NCBI GenBank assembly: GCA_021774875.1
Contig: JAJFIP010000032.1
Location: 1-61,970, forward strand
DNA: 61,970 bases
Source: Emcibacter sp.
GTDB lineage: Bacteria; Pseudomonadota; Alphaproteobacteria; Sphingomonadales; Emcibacteraceae
Reading direction: 5' to 3'
Below the pieces are notes generated by a model, which ran no database searches, was not told the origin of the DNA, and was given only the letters and a program-made list of their open reading frames with translations. Of the stretch, positions 9,003-20,287 are shown piece after piece (the first letter of the stretch is position 1; every line of letters starts with the position of its first letter). The translations under genes and the position numbers were made by a program.

Positions 9003-10478
9003 ATGGTTAACTCAATAAAGAATCTCAAAATATTTACCACTGGCATGGTTATTTTAATGTTGGCAGCTTGTTCGGCCGAAGATGATAAGGCGTCCATAGA
9101 GCAGGAAATAGCCAGCATAATGGCTAATCTTGGACCTGCCATACATATCAGGGGGCAGGAGGTAAAGACATTCACTTTGCAAGCCCGGATGAAAGAACTG
9201 AATGTGCCGGGTGTCTCTATTGCGGTCATGAAGGATCATAAACTGCATTGGGCAAGGGGATTTGGATTAGCCAAGGCCGGAACGGGTGAGGCCGTTACTC
9301 CTGAAACGCTTTTTCAGGCGGCATCCATATCAAAACCAGTCACCGGTCTTGCCATACTTACCCTTGTGGAAGAGGGTAAAATCGACCTTGATACCGACAT
9401 TAATCAATATCTGGAGCGTTGGAAGTTAGCGGATCATCAATGGCAAAATCAGGAAAAAGTAACTTTGAGACGTCTGATGAGCCATACGGCAGGCACAACA
9501 GTTAGCGGCTTTCCGGGTTATGTTCGGGGCAGTGTGCTGCCAAGTCTGGAACAAATTCTTGATGGGCAAGAGCCTTCTAATACGCCAAATGTTCTGGTTG
9601 ATAAAGAGCCGGGGGAGGGTTTCCGTTATTCAGGGGGTGGCACAACAATTCTGCAAATGGCTATGGAAGATATATCGGGCGAGAGATTGCCAGCTTTTGT
9701 AAAAAGCCGCGTTCTTGATAGGGTTGGCGCCGTCAGGAGTACATTTATCCCCCCAAGCAGTGAAAAGGAAATTAAAGGCGTGGCATTTGCCCATGATATA
9801 AATGGTAAAATTGTCAAAGGTGATTTCCACATTTATCCAGAGGAAGCCGCCGCAGGACTTTGGACTAATCCCACTGAATTATTAAAAATTGCCGCTGATG
9901 TCCAGATATCAGCCAAAGGGGAGCAGGGCTACATTCTGTCCCCTGAAATGACGGCTGAAATGTTAACTCATGAGAATGGCCCGGCTGGATTGGGATTTTT
10001 TATGGAGGGAGAAAATCCGGTTACAGGATTCAGTCATGCAGGTGGCAATGAAGGATTTAAGAGTTTTCTATTTGCCCACACCACAGGTGGCGATGGTTTT
10101 GCCATAATGACCAATGGCGAGAATGGCGGTAGTTTACATAGTGAAATCAGGATAAGTCTGGCCCAATATTATGGTTGGGATGAATATCAACCAATAATAA
10201 AAACAGCTATTTTACTTTCACCAGATGAACTAAAAAAATATTTGGGTATCTATAAGATCACAACACCGATTGAGGCAAATATTATCGTTTCTTCCAATGA
10301 AAAGGGATTAGTAGTTGAGGTTAAAAATTTTACACCACCCAGAAATATCTGGCCTGAAAGTAAAGACGCATTTTTTGCTTTGAATGATACGGAAATTCAT
10401 TTTTTAATTGATGAAAATGACGAAGTTCAGAGTATGGCATTAACCAGAGGAACTGTAGTCGCGATCAAACAAAAATAA
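9003..10478 (+). CDS. Serine hydrolase, beta-lactamase class C/PBP-like lipoprotein with a C-terminal accessory domain
   Basis: Lipobox LAAC, FQAASISK (SxxK), LMSHTAG, FRYSGGG, HAGGNEGF; ATG 9003 preferred over TTG 8943. Confidence 0.88.
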   Translation: MVNSIKNLKIFTTGMVILMLAACSAEDDKASIEQEIASIMANLGPAIHIRGQEVKTFTLQARMKELNVPGVSIAVMKDHKLHWARGFGLAKAGTGEAVTPETLFQAASISKPVTGLAILTLVEEGKIDLDTDINQYLERWKLADHQWQNQEKVTLRRLMSHTAGTTVSGFPGYVRGSVLPSLEQILDGQEPSNTPNVLVDKEPGEGFRYSGGGTTILQMAMEDISGERLPAFVKSRVLDRVGAVRSTFIPPSSEKEIKGVAFAHDINGKIVKGDFHIYPEEAAAGLWTNPTELLKIAADVQISAKGEQGYILSPEMTAEMLTHENGPAGLGFFMEGENPVTGFSHAGGNEGFKSFLFAHTTGGDGFAIMTNGENGGSLHSEIRISLAQYYGWDEYQPIIKTAILLSPDELKKYLGIYKITTPIEANIIVSSNEKGLVVEVKNFTPPRNIWPESKDAFFALNDTEIHFLIDENDEVQSMALTRGTVVAIKQK

Positions 10479-10656
10479 GTCAGTAAACCGTTCTATTTTT
10501 TAAATTTTGTCACGTCCAGTATATATTTTGATAGTGCGAATTAGAGTCTTTCTGGTCTTGATATGACTATTAGTTATATATTGTTAATGATGTTAAATTT
10601 TGTTATATGTCATAAGGTTATCGTCTCTTTTTAGTTTTCTTTATTGGGATATTTTG

Positions 10657-11076
10657 GTGAATAAATTTGAGTTATCTCCGGCTTTTATAATCGGTCATGA
10701 AAAGATAGATTCTGACCACGTTGAGCTAATCAATATACTCAACGAAATGATCGATGGATTTGTTGCTGAGGATCTAGAATATTGCCAGAAAAAATGGCAA
10801 CAGTTTTGTGTAAGCCTGGAACAGCATTTTATCGATGAAACAGAGATCATGGATGACTTTGGCTATATTCCACTGGATCATGATGATGATCATGAGCAAG
10901 ATCATCAGAAAATATTAATATCTGTAGCCGCAATGGCAAAGAAATTTAGCACACTGGATGATTGGGAAATTGGTCTTTTCGAAGTGCGGAACGATCTTCT
11001 GACGTTTATTTTAAAGCATGATCTGAAGTTTGCCGAATATCTGATCACGATTGGGTATAATAATGCACGACGATAG
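10657..11076 (+). CDS. Hemerythrin-like protein, copy 2
   Basis: Paralog of 8520-8924; GTG start at 10657 inferred from alignment to MNKFEL. Confidence 0.8.
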   Translation: MNKFELSPAFIIGHEKIDSDHVELINILNEMIDGFVAEDLEYCQKKWQQFCVSLEQHFIDETEIMDDFGYIPLDHDDDHEQDHQKILISVAAMAKKFSTLDDWEIGLFEVRNDLLTFILKHDLKFAEYLITIGYNNARR

Positions 11077-11091
11077 CATTTTTTAGCCATT

Positions 11092-11125
11092 AAAAAAGAG
11101 TTCATAATTTGAAACTCTTTTTTTT
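11092..11125. terminator. Bidirectional terminator between convergent genes
   Basis: AAAAAAGAGTT ... AACTCTTTTTT hairpin between hemerythrin copy 2 and grxD. Confidence 0.6.
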
Positions 11126-11144
11126 CTATATGGTAAATTAGTGA

Positions 11145-11477
11145 TCAGGCTTGTGGTCTGATCTCATTCTGCTCGAACAGTCCAACCAATTCACCATTTG
11201 CAGCCATTTCGCGAATAATGTCACAACCGCCGACAAATTCGCCTTTAACATAAAGCTGTGGAATAGTTGGCCATTCACTGAATTCTTTGATGCCATCACG
11301 CAGGGCAGGATCCTGCAGCACATCAAAAGCTTCAAATTCCACCTTGAAATGGTTGAGCACCTCAATTACGGCAGCTGAAAACCCGCATTGTGGAAACATG
11401 GGACTACCTTTCATATAAAGCACGATGTCGCTGTTTTTAATATCATCTTCAATGCGGATGAAAACTGGATTTGTCAT
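11145..11477 (-). CDS. grxD: Monothiol glutaredoxin Grx4
   Basis: PQCGFS, WPTIPQLY, GGCDI motifs. Confidence 0.96.
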   Translation of the reverse strand: MTNPVFIRIEDDIKNSDIVLYMKGSPMFPQCGFSAAVIEVLNHFKVEFEAFDVLQDPALRDGIKEFSEWPTIPQLYVKGEFVGGCDIIREMAANGELVGLFEQNEIRPQA

Positions 11478-11511
11478 TTATTTTCCCTGATTTATAAAAA
11501 GTTTTTAATAT

Positions 11512-11745
11512 TTATTCCGGTATTGATGTCTGAAGCGCAAGTGCATGAAGATCATCACCCATTTTACCCTTGAGTGCATTATAGACCATTTGGTGTTGTT
11601 TTACACGGCTTTTGCCAACAAATTCATGAGATATGACATGGGCAGCATAGTGATCGCCGTCTCCCCTTAGGTCCTGAATGATAACCTTTGCATCGGGGAT
11701 TGATTCCCTGATCATTGCCTCAATTTCTGTCGCTTCCATTGCCAT
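11512..11745 (-). CDS. bolA: BolA/IbaG family protein
   Basis: GDGDHY, SRVKQHQMVY, LHALALQT; adjacent to grxD. Confidence 0.92.
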   Translation of the reverse strand: MAMEATEIEAMIRESIPDAKVIIQDLRGDGDHYAAHVISHEFVGKSRVKQHQMVYNALKGKMGDDLHALALQTSIPE

Positions 11746-11828
11746 ATATTATCTCCTGACCATAGATATGGGTTAACATGTGTAGATTTGAAGGGGGAAA
11801 ATAATCTTTTTTCAATTTATCCCATCGA

Positions 11829-12800
11829 TCATTGAGGGAAAAATTTATCTCCGGCTTTGGTGCCTGAGACGATATTTTTGATTCTGATTATTTGTTCCGG
11901 GCTAAGTTCATGGTTCCATTTTTCAGCCGCAGTTTTTGGATTGCGTACTGTTTGGTAGTATTTTTCATTGCCACCACTGAAATTAATGCTGCTGTTAAGG
12001 AATATGTCCGTTTGTTCACCATAATCCAGGTCACAATAATCAAATAGCTTGCGGCTGATGCCAACGGGATCATTACATAGTGATTCATAAAGCAGAATAG
12101 TACTATTGTCCTGACCTTCGATCTCATCCAAAACTTTCTCATTAATACAGACCCAGGTGCAGGCCAGTTGTTCTTCTAATGACATGGTTTTGATTTTTTC
12201 TTCGGTCCAGCCACGTTCGCTTGCTACTGCCATGGAGGCTATCTGTTTATAATAAATAATATTTTCCAGAAAATTTAATTCTCTGCCGCGAAGCTGAGAT
12301 GATACGTAACCACAGGGATGTCTGAGGATAAATATTAATTTTGCATCCGGAAATGTGGTTGCAATAAGACTGCTGCGGCAGGAAGAGTTGACCGATTTCA
12401 TAACATTCACGATGTCAGTCTTATTGCTTTTTTTTCTGGCAAAGGCAGGGATATTGATTTCTAGGGGAATTTTCAGTTTTGAGCATATGCCAGAGATGAC
12501 TTTCAGCATAATGATCAGTCTAGGCAGGAAATTATTCATGAAGCTGTTGAAATAATTTTTCCTGAATACTGGTATTGATCCTGCTGACTTCATATGCCGT
12601 ATATTTAGCAGGCTTGTGAAATAATCGCGGGTCGTGGGAATCAATTCTTCTATGTCATTGGATTCGGGGAAAAAAGGGATATCAGTGGAAACTTTAATGG
12701 AATCCGGCTCATGGTGATAGAGAACATCTGGATGACTATCAAATATTTTTGCCACCCATGATGTCCCGCTACGCGGCATTCCAATTAAAAATATCATCAA
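11829..12800 (-). CDS. PAPS-dependent sulfotransferase
   Basis: 5'-PSB GMPRSGTSW, HEP, 3'-PB LRHPCGYVSS, YESLCNDP. Confidence 0.88.
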   Translation of the reverse strand: MMIFLIGMPRSGTSWVAKIFDSHPDVLYHHEPDSIKVSTDIPFFPESNDIEELIPTTRDYFTSLLNIRHMKSAGSIPVFRKNYFNSFMNNFLPRLIIMLKVISGICSKLKIPLEINIPAFARKKSNKTDIVNVMKSVNSSCRSSLIATTFPDAKLIFILRHPCGYVSSQLRGRELNFLENIIYYKQIASMAVASERGWTEEKIKTMSLEEQLACTWVCINEKVLDEIEGQDNSTILLYESLCNDPVGISRKLFDYCDLDYGEQTDIFLNSSINFSGGNEKYYQTVRNPKTAAEKWNHELSPEQIIRIKNIVSGTKAGDKFFPQ

Positions 12801-12835
12801 TCTTTCCGCCTTTATTCATTATTTCCCAAATTAAT

Positions 12836-15043
12836 TTATTCCAGACCCATATATTCTTCCATCCAGCCCTGATGGGCGTTCAGAAGTTCTGAGAGAGATA
12901 TGCCAGTAATGCCATTAATTTTAAACGCATCACCTCCAACTTTGCCAATAATTTGTATACTAATGCTGTCATCAGCAGCACTCATGATAGCTTCTGCCTT
13001 TTCAGCGGGTACTGACAGAATATATCGACCCTGATCTTCACCAAAGGCATAAGCATGAAGAGGAACCCGGCCATTGTCGATAGTGACCGTCATGCCTATA
13101 TTAGCTGCCATAGCCATTTCAGCCAGAGCCACATAAAGTCCGCCGTCCGATATATCATGACAGGCGGCAATATTACCGGCCCCTATCTGAGTGCGGACAA
13201 AATTGCCGTTTTTCTTTTCAACCTCAAGGTCAACGGGTGGCGGTGCACCTTCTTCCCGGCCTTCCATAATTTCAAGATAGAGTGACGCGCCAAGATGACC
13301 CTTTGTTTCCCCGATCAGCAATAGTATTTCACCCTCTGCCTGAGGCGCAATGGTTACCATCTTGCTGTAATCATCAAAAAGTCCAACACCGCCTATGGCT
13401 GGGGTCGGATGAATACCAGTGCCGTTAGTTTCATTATAAAGGGACACATTGCCTGAAACCACCGGGTAATCCAGAATATTGCAAGCCTCGCGCATTCCTT
13501 CAATACAGCCAACAAACTGGCCCATGATTTCGGGCCGTTCAGGATTGCCGAAGTTCAGGCAATCTGTAATTGCAAGGGGAGTCGCACCCACGGCTGTTAT
13601 GTTGCGCCAGGTTTCGGCCACGGCCTGTTTACCACCTTCCACCGGGTCAGCGTAGCAATAGCGCGGCGTGCAGTCGGTTGATATAGCAATAGCCTTGTCA
13701 GTACCATGAACCCGAACCACAGCGGCATCGCCACCCGGTTTCTGAATAGTGTCGGCCATCACCTGCATATCATATTGCTGCCATATCCAGTCGCGGCTAC
13801 AAAGATGAGGCGAGCCAATCATGGTCAAAAGTGCCTGTTTCATATCAGGCGGGGCAGCAATATCATCAGTATCCAGGAAAGGTTTTGGTTGCGGTTTCAC
13901 CCACGGGCGATCATATTCCGGTGAATTATCTGCCAAAGGCTGTGTCGGAATATCTGCTACCACTTCGCCTTTGAAGGTCAGGGTCAGATTGCCGCTATCA
14001 GTTATTTTACCGATGACAGCAAAATCAAGATCCCATTTATCAAAGATCGCCTTGGCTTCGTTTTCTCTGCCCGGTTTGAGGACGATCAGCATGCGTTCCT
14101 GACTTTCGGACAGCATCATTTCATAAGGGGTCATACCTTCTTCGCGTTGGGGCACCATATCCAGATTAAAATCAAAACCGACACCTCCGCCAGACGCCAT
14201 TTCGACTGATGATGATGTCAGGCCAGCCGCGCCCATATCCTGAATGGCGACAACCATATCGGTGGACATCAATTCAAGACAGGCTTCTATGAGCAGTTTT
14301 TCAGTGAAGGGATCACCCACCTGCACGGTCGGTCGTTTTTCCTCGGTATCTTCGGTAAATTCGGCAGAAGCCATGGTCGCGCCGTGAATACCGTCCCGCC
14401 CGGTTTTTGATCCTACATAGATTACTGGATTGCCGATACCGGCAGCAGCAGAAAGAAAAATCTTATCCTGATCTGCAAGGCCAACCGTCATGGCATTTAC
14501 CAGAATATTACCGTCATAGGCAGGATGAAAATTTGTTTCACCGCCCACAGTTGGCACACCGACGCAATTGCCATAACCACCGATACCTTCAACAACACCA
14601 CTTAATAAATGGCGGGTTTTGGGATGGTTGGGTGAGCCAAAGCGCAGGGCGTTCATATTGGCTATGGGACGTGCGCCCATAGTGAATACATCACGCAATA
14701 TGCCGCCAACTCCTGTCGCTGCCCCCTGATAAGGTTCGATATAGGACGGGTGATTGTGGCTTTCCATTTTAAAAATAATCGCCTGATTATCGCCAATATC
14801 AATCACACCGGCATTTTCGCCCGGCCCATGAATGACCCACGGGGCTGTAGTCGGCAGGGTTTTCAAGTGTTTTTTAGAGGATTTATAGGAACAATGTTCA
14901 CTCCACATCACGGAAAAAATTCCCAATTCCGTCAAGGTTGGTGTCCGGTCCAGTATTTTCAGGCACAGATCATATTCTTGCGTACTAAGACCATGCTCCC
15001 TGACCAGCGCATCGGTAATTTCTACGTTATTATTCCAAGTCAT
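12836..15043 (-). CDS. purL: Phosphoribosylformylglycinamidine synthase subunit PurL
   Basis: [40 protein letters not shown] motifs. Confidence 0.98.
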   Translation of the reverse strand: MTWNNNVEITDALVREHGLSTQEYDLCLKILDRTPTLTELGIFSVMWSEHCSYKSSKKHLKTLPTTAPWVIHGPGENAGVIDIGDNQAIIFKMESHNHPSYIEPYQGAATGVGGILRDVFTMGARPIANMNALRFGSPNHPKTRHLLSGVVEGIGGYGNCVGVPTVGGETNFHPAYDGNILVNAMTVGLADQDKIFLSAAAGIGNPVIYVGSKTGRDGIHGATMASAEFTEDTEEKRPTVQVGDPFTEKLLIEACLELMSTDMVVAIQDMGAAGLTSSSVEMASGGGVGFDFNLDMVPQREEGMTPYEMMLSESQERMLIVLKPGRENEAKAIFDKWDLDFAVIGKITDSGNLTLTFKGEVVADIPTQPLADNSPEYDRPWVKPQPKPFLDTDDIAAPPDMKQALLTMIGSPHLCSRDWIWQQYDMQVMADTIQKPGGDAAVVRVHGTDKAIAISTDCTPRYCYADPVEGGKQAVAETWRNITAVGATPLAITDCLNFGNPERPEIMGQFVGCIEGMREACNILDYPVVSGNVSLYNETNGTGIHPTPAIGGVGLFDDYSKMVTIAPQAEGEILLLIGETKGHLGASLYLEIMEGREEGAPPPVDLEVEKKNGNFVRTQIGAGNIAACHDISDGGLYVALAEMAMAANIGMTVTIDNGRVPLHAYAFGEDQGRYILSVPAEKAEAIMSAADDSISIQIIGKVGGDAFKINGITGISLSELLNAHQGWMEEYMGLE

Positions 15044-15054
15044 CTAAAAAGAAC

Positions 15055-15744
15055 CTAATTAATTGCGTTGATCATACTTTTAAAGAAACCAAGGCCGTCT
15101 GTGCCGCCATGGGCGTTTTCAATAAGGCGTTCGGGATGGGGCATCATGCCAAGGATATTTTTGCGCCTGCTAATAATGCCGGCAATATTGTTGCGTGAAC
15201 CGTTGGGATTGGCGGCTAATGTCGTATCACCGTCATCATTCACATAACGAAAGGCTATCCGGCCTTCTTCTTCAAGGGCATACAGCGTATCGTCGTCGGC
15301 AAAATAATTGCCGTCATGGTGAGCTACAGGGACGGTAATTACTTCACCCGGTTCATATGCGTTGGTGAAAGGAGTGTCGTTATTTTCAACTTTAAGCCTG
15401 ACATCCTTGCAGACAAATTTCAGGCTTTCATTACGCATCAATGCCCCTGGCAGCAGGCCAGTTTCAGTTAATACCTGAAAGCCGTTACAGATGCCGATCA
15501 CATTGCCGCCCCGGTCGGCATGTTCAATAACTTTTCTGGTTACGGGCGAGCGTGCCGCCATAGCACCGCAGCGTAAATAGTCGCCAAATGAAAAGCCACC
15601 CGGCAGGGCAATCAAGTCAACGGCAGGAATATAATCATCCTGATGCCAGATGATATGGGGCTGATGGCCTGTTATTTTTTCTAATGCGACAATCATATCG
15701 CGGTCACAATTTGAGGCAGGAAATACAATTACAGCAGTTTTCAT
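15055..15744 (-). CDS. purQ: FGAM synthase glutaminase subunit PurQ
   Basis: [26 protein letters not shown] motifs. Confidence 0.98.
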   Translation of the reverse strand: MKTAVIVFPASNCDRDMIVALEKITGHQPHIIWHQDDYIPAVDLIALPGGFSFGDYLRCGAMAARSPVTRKVIEHADRGGNVIGICNGFQVLTETGLLPGALMRNESLKFVCKDVRLKVENNDTPFTNAYEPGEVITVPVAHHDGNYFADDDTLYALEEEGRIAFRYVNDDGDTTLAANPNGSRNNIAGIISRRKNILGMMPHPERLIENAHGGTDGLGFFKSMINAIN

Positions 15745-15749
15745 GGGTG

Positions 15750-15989
15750 TTATACAATCTCGATTGCGTAATTCTCAATGACAGTATTCGACAGCAGCTT
15801 TTTACACATTTCTTCTACGACAGCCTGTGTATTATCCGGGTCTGATTCGGCCAGATCCAGTTCAATATATTTGCCCTGCCGAACATCATTCACACCATCA
15901 AAGCCAAGTGCAAACAGGGCATGTTTAATGGCTTTACCCTGTGGGTCGAGTACACCATTTTTTAAAGTAATATGAACACGTGCTTTCAC
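15750..15989 (-). CDS. purS: FGAM synthase subunit PurS
   Basis: [25 protein letters not shown]. Confidence 0.97.
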   Translation of the reverse strand: MKARVHITLKNGVLDPQGKAIKHALFALGFDGVNDVRQGKYIELDLAESDPDNTQAVVEEMCKKLLSNTVIENYAIEIV

Positions 15990-16006
15990 GATGTGCCTTT
16001 CTATAT

Positions 16007-16762
16007 TTAAAGGGTAATACCAAGACGATGAGCGACTTCCTGATATGCTTCGACTTCGCCGCCCAAATCATGACGGAAACGATCTTTATCTAATTTCTTG
16101 TTTGTTTCTATATCCCAAAGACGACAATTGTCCGGGCTGAATTCATCGGCGAGGATAAGGCGATAACCAATACCGTCTTCATCATAAATCCGGCCATACT
16201 CAAGTTTGAAATCGATCAGTTTAATTCCAATTCCGGCAAATAATCCTCGCAAAAAGTCATTGATCTGATGGGTCATATCGAAAATTTCACTCAGTTCCTC
16301 ATCGGTAGCCAGTTCAAGTGACAGGACATGTTCTTCGGCAATAAGCGGGTCGCCCAGATCATCATCTTTCAGGGAAAATTCGATAATGGGTCGTGCCAGA
16401 GGTGTGCCTTCTTCAATACCAAGACGTTTGGCCATACTTCCGGCAATAACATTTCGGACAATGACTTCTAAAGGTACGATTTCCACATGTTGGACCAATT
16501 GTTCCCGGTCATTGAGCCGCTTGATAAAATGAGTAGGAATGCCAATGCGTTCCAGATTTATCATTATCAACTCTGTCATTTTATTGTTGATGATTCCTTT
16601 TCCGGTAATCGTCCCCTTTTTCAGGGCATTAAATGCTGTGGCGTCATCTTTAAAATATTGGATGATTGTTCCTTCTTCCTCACCCTGGAAAAGGACTTTA
16701 GCCTTGCCTTCGTAAAGTTTTTCGCCTTTAGGTATTTCATCTTGTTGAGTTTCGGAGGGCAT
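16007..16762 (-). CDS. purC: SAICAR synthetase
   Basis: [43 protein letters not shown]. Confidence 0.97.
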   Translation of the reverse strand: MPSETQQDEIPKGEKLYEGKAKVLFQGEEEGTIIQYFKDDATAFNALKKGTITGKGIINNKMTELIMINLERIGIPTHFIKRLNDREQLVQHVEIVPLEVIVRNVIAGSMAKRLGIEEGTPLARPIIEFSLKDDDLGDPLIAEEHVLSLELATDEELSEIFDMTHQINDFLRGLFAGIGIKLIDFKLEYGRIYDEDGIGYRLILADEFSPDNCRLWDIETNKKLDKDRFRHDLGGEVEAYQEVAHRLGITL

Positions 16763-16992
16763 ATCAGGTATCCTGTGACAGAAAAATTATTGATTGTTTG
16801 ATTAGATCAAGCGAGGCGAACATATATCAATTGGCCGGAGAAAACAATTGGCTCTGCTCTAAAAAATAAAAAAAATATGCCTAAAAAAATAAACTGGTCA
16901 AAGCTATATATAATTATGGAAACAGAATGTCATCTGGCGTACATTTGACACTATGAGATTCTAAAAGTTGGTTTTAAAAGGAGATTGAATAG

Positions 16993-17322
16993 ATGACCCA
17001 GTTTGATGATCGCGAACAGGCCTATGAGAAAGAGTTTGCTCGCAACGAGGAATTCGATTTCAAGGTTATTGCACGCCGCAACAAGCTGCTTGGATTATGG
17101 GCAGCGGGATTAATGGGTCTAAGTGCAGATGCCGCAGGTGACTATGCCAAGGAAGTCATTGCTGCTGACTTTGAAGAAGCCGGTGACGAGGATGTCTACC
17201 GCAAGGTGAGGGGCGATCTAAGTGATAAGGGCGTTGATTTTTCCGAACATCAAATCCGCCGTGAAATGGAAGATTTGCTTGTCAAAGCGCGGGAACAGAT
17301 GTCCAGCGAACTTAAAGGCTGA
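16993..17322 (+). CDS. DUF1476 protein (F1Fo-ATPase inhibitor zeta subunit family)
   Basis: MTQFDDRE..E..FA and ARRNKLLGLWAA signature; divergent from purC as in many alphaproteobacteria. Confidence 0.88.
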   Translation: MTQFDDREQAYEKEFARNEEFDFKVIARRNKLLGLWAAGLMGLSADAAGDYAKEVIAADFEEAGDEDVYRKVRGDLSDKGVDFSEHQIRREMEDLLVKAREQMSSELKG

Positions 17323-17511
17323 AATTTTCAGACCATTTCCTGTCTTAATGATCCAGACTCCCCTATATCATTCGGGCGGTTTATTTGGCTTGCAACTCTT
17401 CCAAAGCCAAACAATGAACACATTTCTGCTGGATAAGGCGTTAAACCCAGACCGGAAATAGGGAATTGATGTGATGGATATTATGGGGTCGGGACAGGTG
17501 AAAGAGTATTT

Positions 17512-18618
17512 ATGAGGAAATATAGCTTGAGACTGGTCAAATTTGTTTTTGTGTCTGTGATTTGTCTGTTGCCATTTACCGTTCAGGCACTGGATCATAC
17601 CAAACCCCAGATGCTAAAGGATAAATATTACAAAGAATTTTGGGAACAGCATTTCCTGTTTGATGATGGCACATTTGTCTCCAGTCAGTTCACCGTGGCG
17701 AACTTCCCCTGGCCTGTGGGCAAGGAGCATGGAATCATGGTTGCGACCCTGGTAAGACCGGATGGCAAACGCACCATAATCAAAAATGGTCGGGATTTAG
17801 GAAAATGGAACTTTGACAGTCAGAAATTTGACCTTTTTATTCATACACATCGTATCAAAAGGGTAGGCGATAAAATTGACTTTCATATTGGCAAGGTTGA
17901 CCACAATGACGTTGATGTTACCGGTAAAATGAACGTTCCTGCCATTGATCATGCGCGTATCGAGAATAAGAAGGGCTTTATGGAGAGTTCTTTTTATCTG
18001 CCCTATTTCGCCGGCGAAGGCAGTTGGAAAATACAGCTCAATAAAAAACAGCCTTTTGTATCCGGTGCTGGCGGTGTTCAGGGCTTTGGAACTCATGTTC
18101 TGTTTACTGGACCGGTAGGGACTTTGCTAAAAAACTGGCTGCGTGTTAGTGGACTGCGGCAGCAGGACAATGATCAGCCTACACCTTTTTTATCAGTTAT
18201 AGAAAAGTTGGACGGTAGTCATGATATTGTTCTCACACTGAAAGATGCAGCAGGAAAATTGACGCGATTTTCAGAGGTAAATATTGAATATCAGGATATA
18301 AAAAAGCTTAAAAAGAAAGTATCCTACCCAACTGTGATAAAGTTGAAGGCTAACAAGGGTGAAGAAAACTTGACCGGCACGATACGTTTTACACGTAAAA
18401 TTGATCATTTTAACATCAACGATCATCTGAATTTCTTTGAAAGAAGCTTCGCCAAATCCAGAGCATCCGTTACTAATTTCCGATATATTGCAGAATATGA
18501 CCTGTCGTATGTGACCGCGTCGGGCAGCCAAAAGATTACCGGAAAGGCTCTCAGTGAATATCAGGACATTCAGCCACCCAAGAAAAAGAAAAAATCCCGA
18601 AAAAAACGCAGGCGGTAA
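17512..18618 (+). CDS. Hypothetical exported beta-rich protein with a polybasic C-terminus
   Basis: 368-aa ORF, signal peptide ending VQA, aromatic-rich strands, tail KKKKKSRKKRRR. Confidence 0.7.
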   Translation: MRKYSLRLVKFVFVSVICLLPFTVQALDHTKPQMLKDKYYKEFWEQHFLFDDGTFVSSQFTVANFPWPVGKEHGIMVATLVRPDGKRTIIKNGRDLGKWNFDSQKFDLFIHTHRIKRVGDKIDFHIGKVDHNDVDVTGKMNVPAIDHARIENKKGFMESSFYLPYFAGEGSWKIQLNKKQPFVSGAGGVQGFGTHVLFTGPVGTLLKNWLRVSGLRQQDNDQPTPFLSVIEKLDGSHDIVLTLKDAAGKLTRFSEVNIEYQDIKKLKKKVSYPTVIKLKANKGEENLTGTIRFTRKIDHFNINDHLNFFERSFAKSRASVTNFRYIAEYDLSYVTASGSQKITGKALSEYQDIQPPKKKKKSRKKRRR

Positions 18619-18708
18619 TTAGCTGTTTTGTAATGGCAAAAATCCTATTTTCTAATATCATAATAATGAATTATTCAGTATGCTGATACTTTATTATTTT
18701 ATTCAAAT

Positions 18709-20271
18709 ATGAGGTTAGAAATGGGTTTTGGCAATTTTAATAAGAACCGTGGTTTCAAGCTCCATATGATGGCTTGTATCCCATTATTTATACTATCCTC
18801 ATGTGGTGTTGAGGCAGAAAAAACCGACCATAAATTGATTCAGGATGACAATGACTGGTTTACTTCGGCTCAGGAAACCCTGCAGAAAAATTTATCACAG
18901 GCTCCGATAACTGGCAAAGCCAAAAATATTATTCTGTTCATTGGAGATGGCATGGGGGTCAGTACTGTGACCGCGGCCCGAATATTTGAAGGGCAACAGC
19001 GCGGCATGACTGGCGAAGAGAATGTTCTTTCCTGGGAAGAATTCCCTAATGTGGCCCTGTCCAAAACCTATAATACAAATTTACAGGTATCTGACTCTGC
19101 GGGTACGGCAACGGCTTTCATGACCGGGATAAAATCGCAGGCAGGGGTCATATCTGTTGATCAGTCGATAATTCTGGGAGATTGTGCATCATCCAGGAAT
19201 CATCATGCGACAAGTTTTCTCGAACTGGCGGAGCAGCGAGGAATGACCACGGGCGTGATTTCAACTGCATCATTAACCCATGCAACGCCAGCCACAGCCT
19301 ATGCTCATGTGCCTGAGCGGGGCTGGGAAAATGATGCCAGAATGGCGCAGGCTGAAAAAGATGCCGGATGCAAGGATATTGCGCTTCAATTTGTTGATTT
19401 TTCATACGGTGATGGCATAGAGGTTGCCTTTGGTGGCGGCAGGCAACATTTCTTGCCGGAATCTGTGACTGGCCCTGAAGGGGAGAGCGGCAAGAGAAAA
19501 GACAGTAGAAACCTGGTTTCCGAATGGCAACAAAAGCACGGGTCAGGTCAATATGTCTGGAATGAGAAAATGTTTGACGAAATTGATCCCGAGGCAACTG
19601 GCCCTGTTCTTGGTCTGTTTAATCCGAGCCATATGGAGTTTGAAGCCGACCGCAGTGCAGACATAGGCGGTGAACCGTCGCTGGCAGCTATGACAGAAAA
19701 GGCTTTGCAAATACTTCAGAACAAAGATGAGGGCTATTTTCTTTATGTGGAAGGTGGACGGGTGGATCATGCTCATCATGGCGGCAATGCTTACCGGGCT
19801 TTGAGTGATGCTGTGGCATTGGAACAGGCCGTGAAAAAAGCTGTGGCGATGACCAACGAGCAAGACACTCTCATTATCGTCACCGCTGATCATTCCCATG
19901 TTTTTACCATTGGAGGATATCCGACAAGAGGCAACCCCATACTGGGTAAAGTCCGTACAAATAATATTCAAGGGGAACCGGAGGAAGATTTTTATAAAGC
20001 ATTAGATGACAAACCTTATACCACAGTGGGTTATTATTCAGGATCGGGTGCAAAAGTTGATCAGCCACGGGAAGACCTTACCGATGTGGATACGACGGCC
20101 AGAAATTTCAAACAGCAGGCTCTGGTGCCTTTCAGGAGTGAAACCCACGGCGGGGAGGATGTGGCCATATATGCCCGTGGCCCCTCTGCTCATCTAATGC
20201 GGGGTGTGGTGGAACAAAATTATATTTTTCATGTCATGTATCATGCTATAGGGATGGGGTCACAACTCTAA
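18709..20271 (+). CDS. Alkaline phosphatase (probable lipoprotein; exact start uncertain)
   Basis: FIGDGMG, DSAGTAT (catalytic Ser), THATPA, EGGRVDHAHH, TADHSH, ETHGGEDV; lipobox-like LSSC. Confidence 0.93.
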   Translation: MRLEMGFGNFNKNRGFKLHMMACIPLFILSSCGVEAEKTDHKLIQDDNDWFTSAQETLQKNLSQAPITGKAKNIILFIGDGMGVSTVTAARIFEGQQRGMTGEENVLSWEEFPNVALSKTYNTNLQVSDSAGTATAFMTGIKSQAGVISVDQSIILGDCASSRNHHATSFLELAEQRGMTTGVISTASLTHATPATAYAHVPERGWENDARMAQAEKDAGCKDIALQFVDFSYGDGIEVAFGGGRQHFLPESVTGPEGESGKRKDSRNLVSEWQQKHGSGQYVWNEKMFDEIDPEATGPVLGLFNPSHMEFEADRSADIGGEPSLAAMTEKALQILQNKDEGYFLYVEGGRVDHAHHGGNAYRALSDAVALEQAVKKAVAMTNEQDTLIIVTADHSHVFTIGGYPTRGNPILGKVRTNNIQGEPEEDFYKALDDKPYTTVGYYSGSGAKVDQPREDLTDVDTTARNFKQQALVPFRSETHGGEDVAIYARGPSAHLMRGVVEQNYIFHVMYHAIGMGSQL

Positions 20272-20287
20272 AATAACGGTACTATTT

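Noticed and set aside
9003-10478. Calling the SxxK hydrolases (also 25973-27196) antibiotic-resistance beta-lactamases
   Set aside because: They lack the class C KTG box, and the fold is shared by many esterases and amidases
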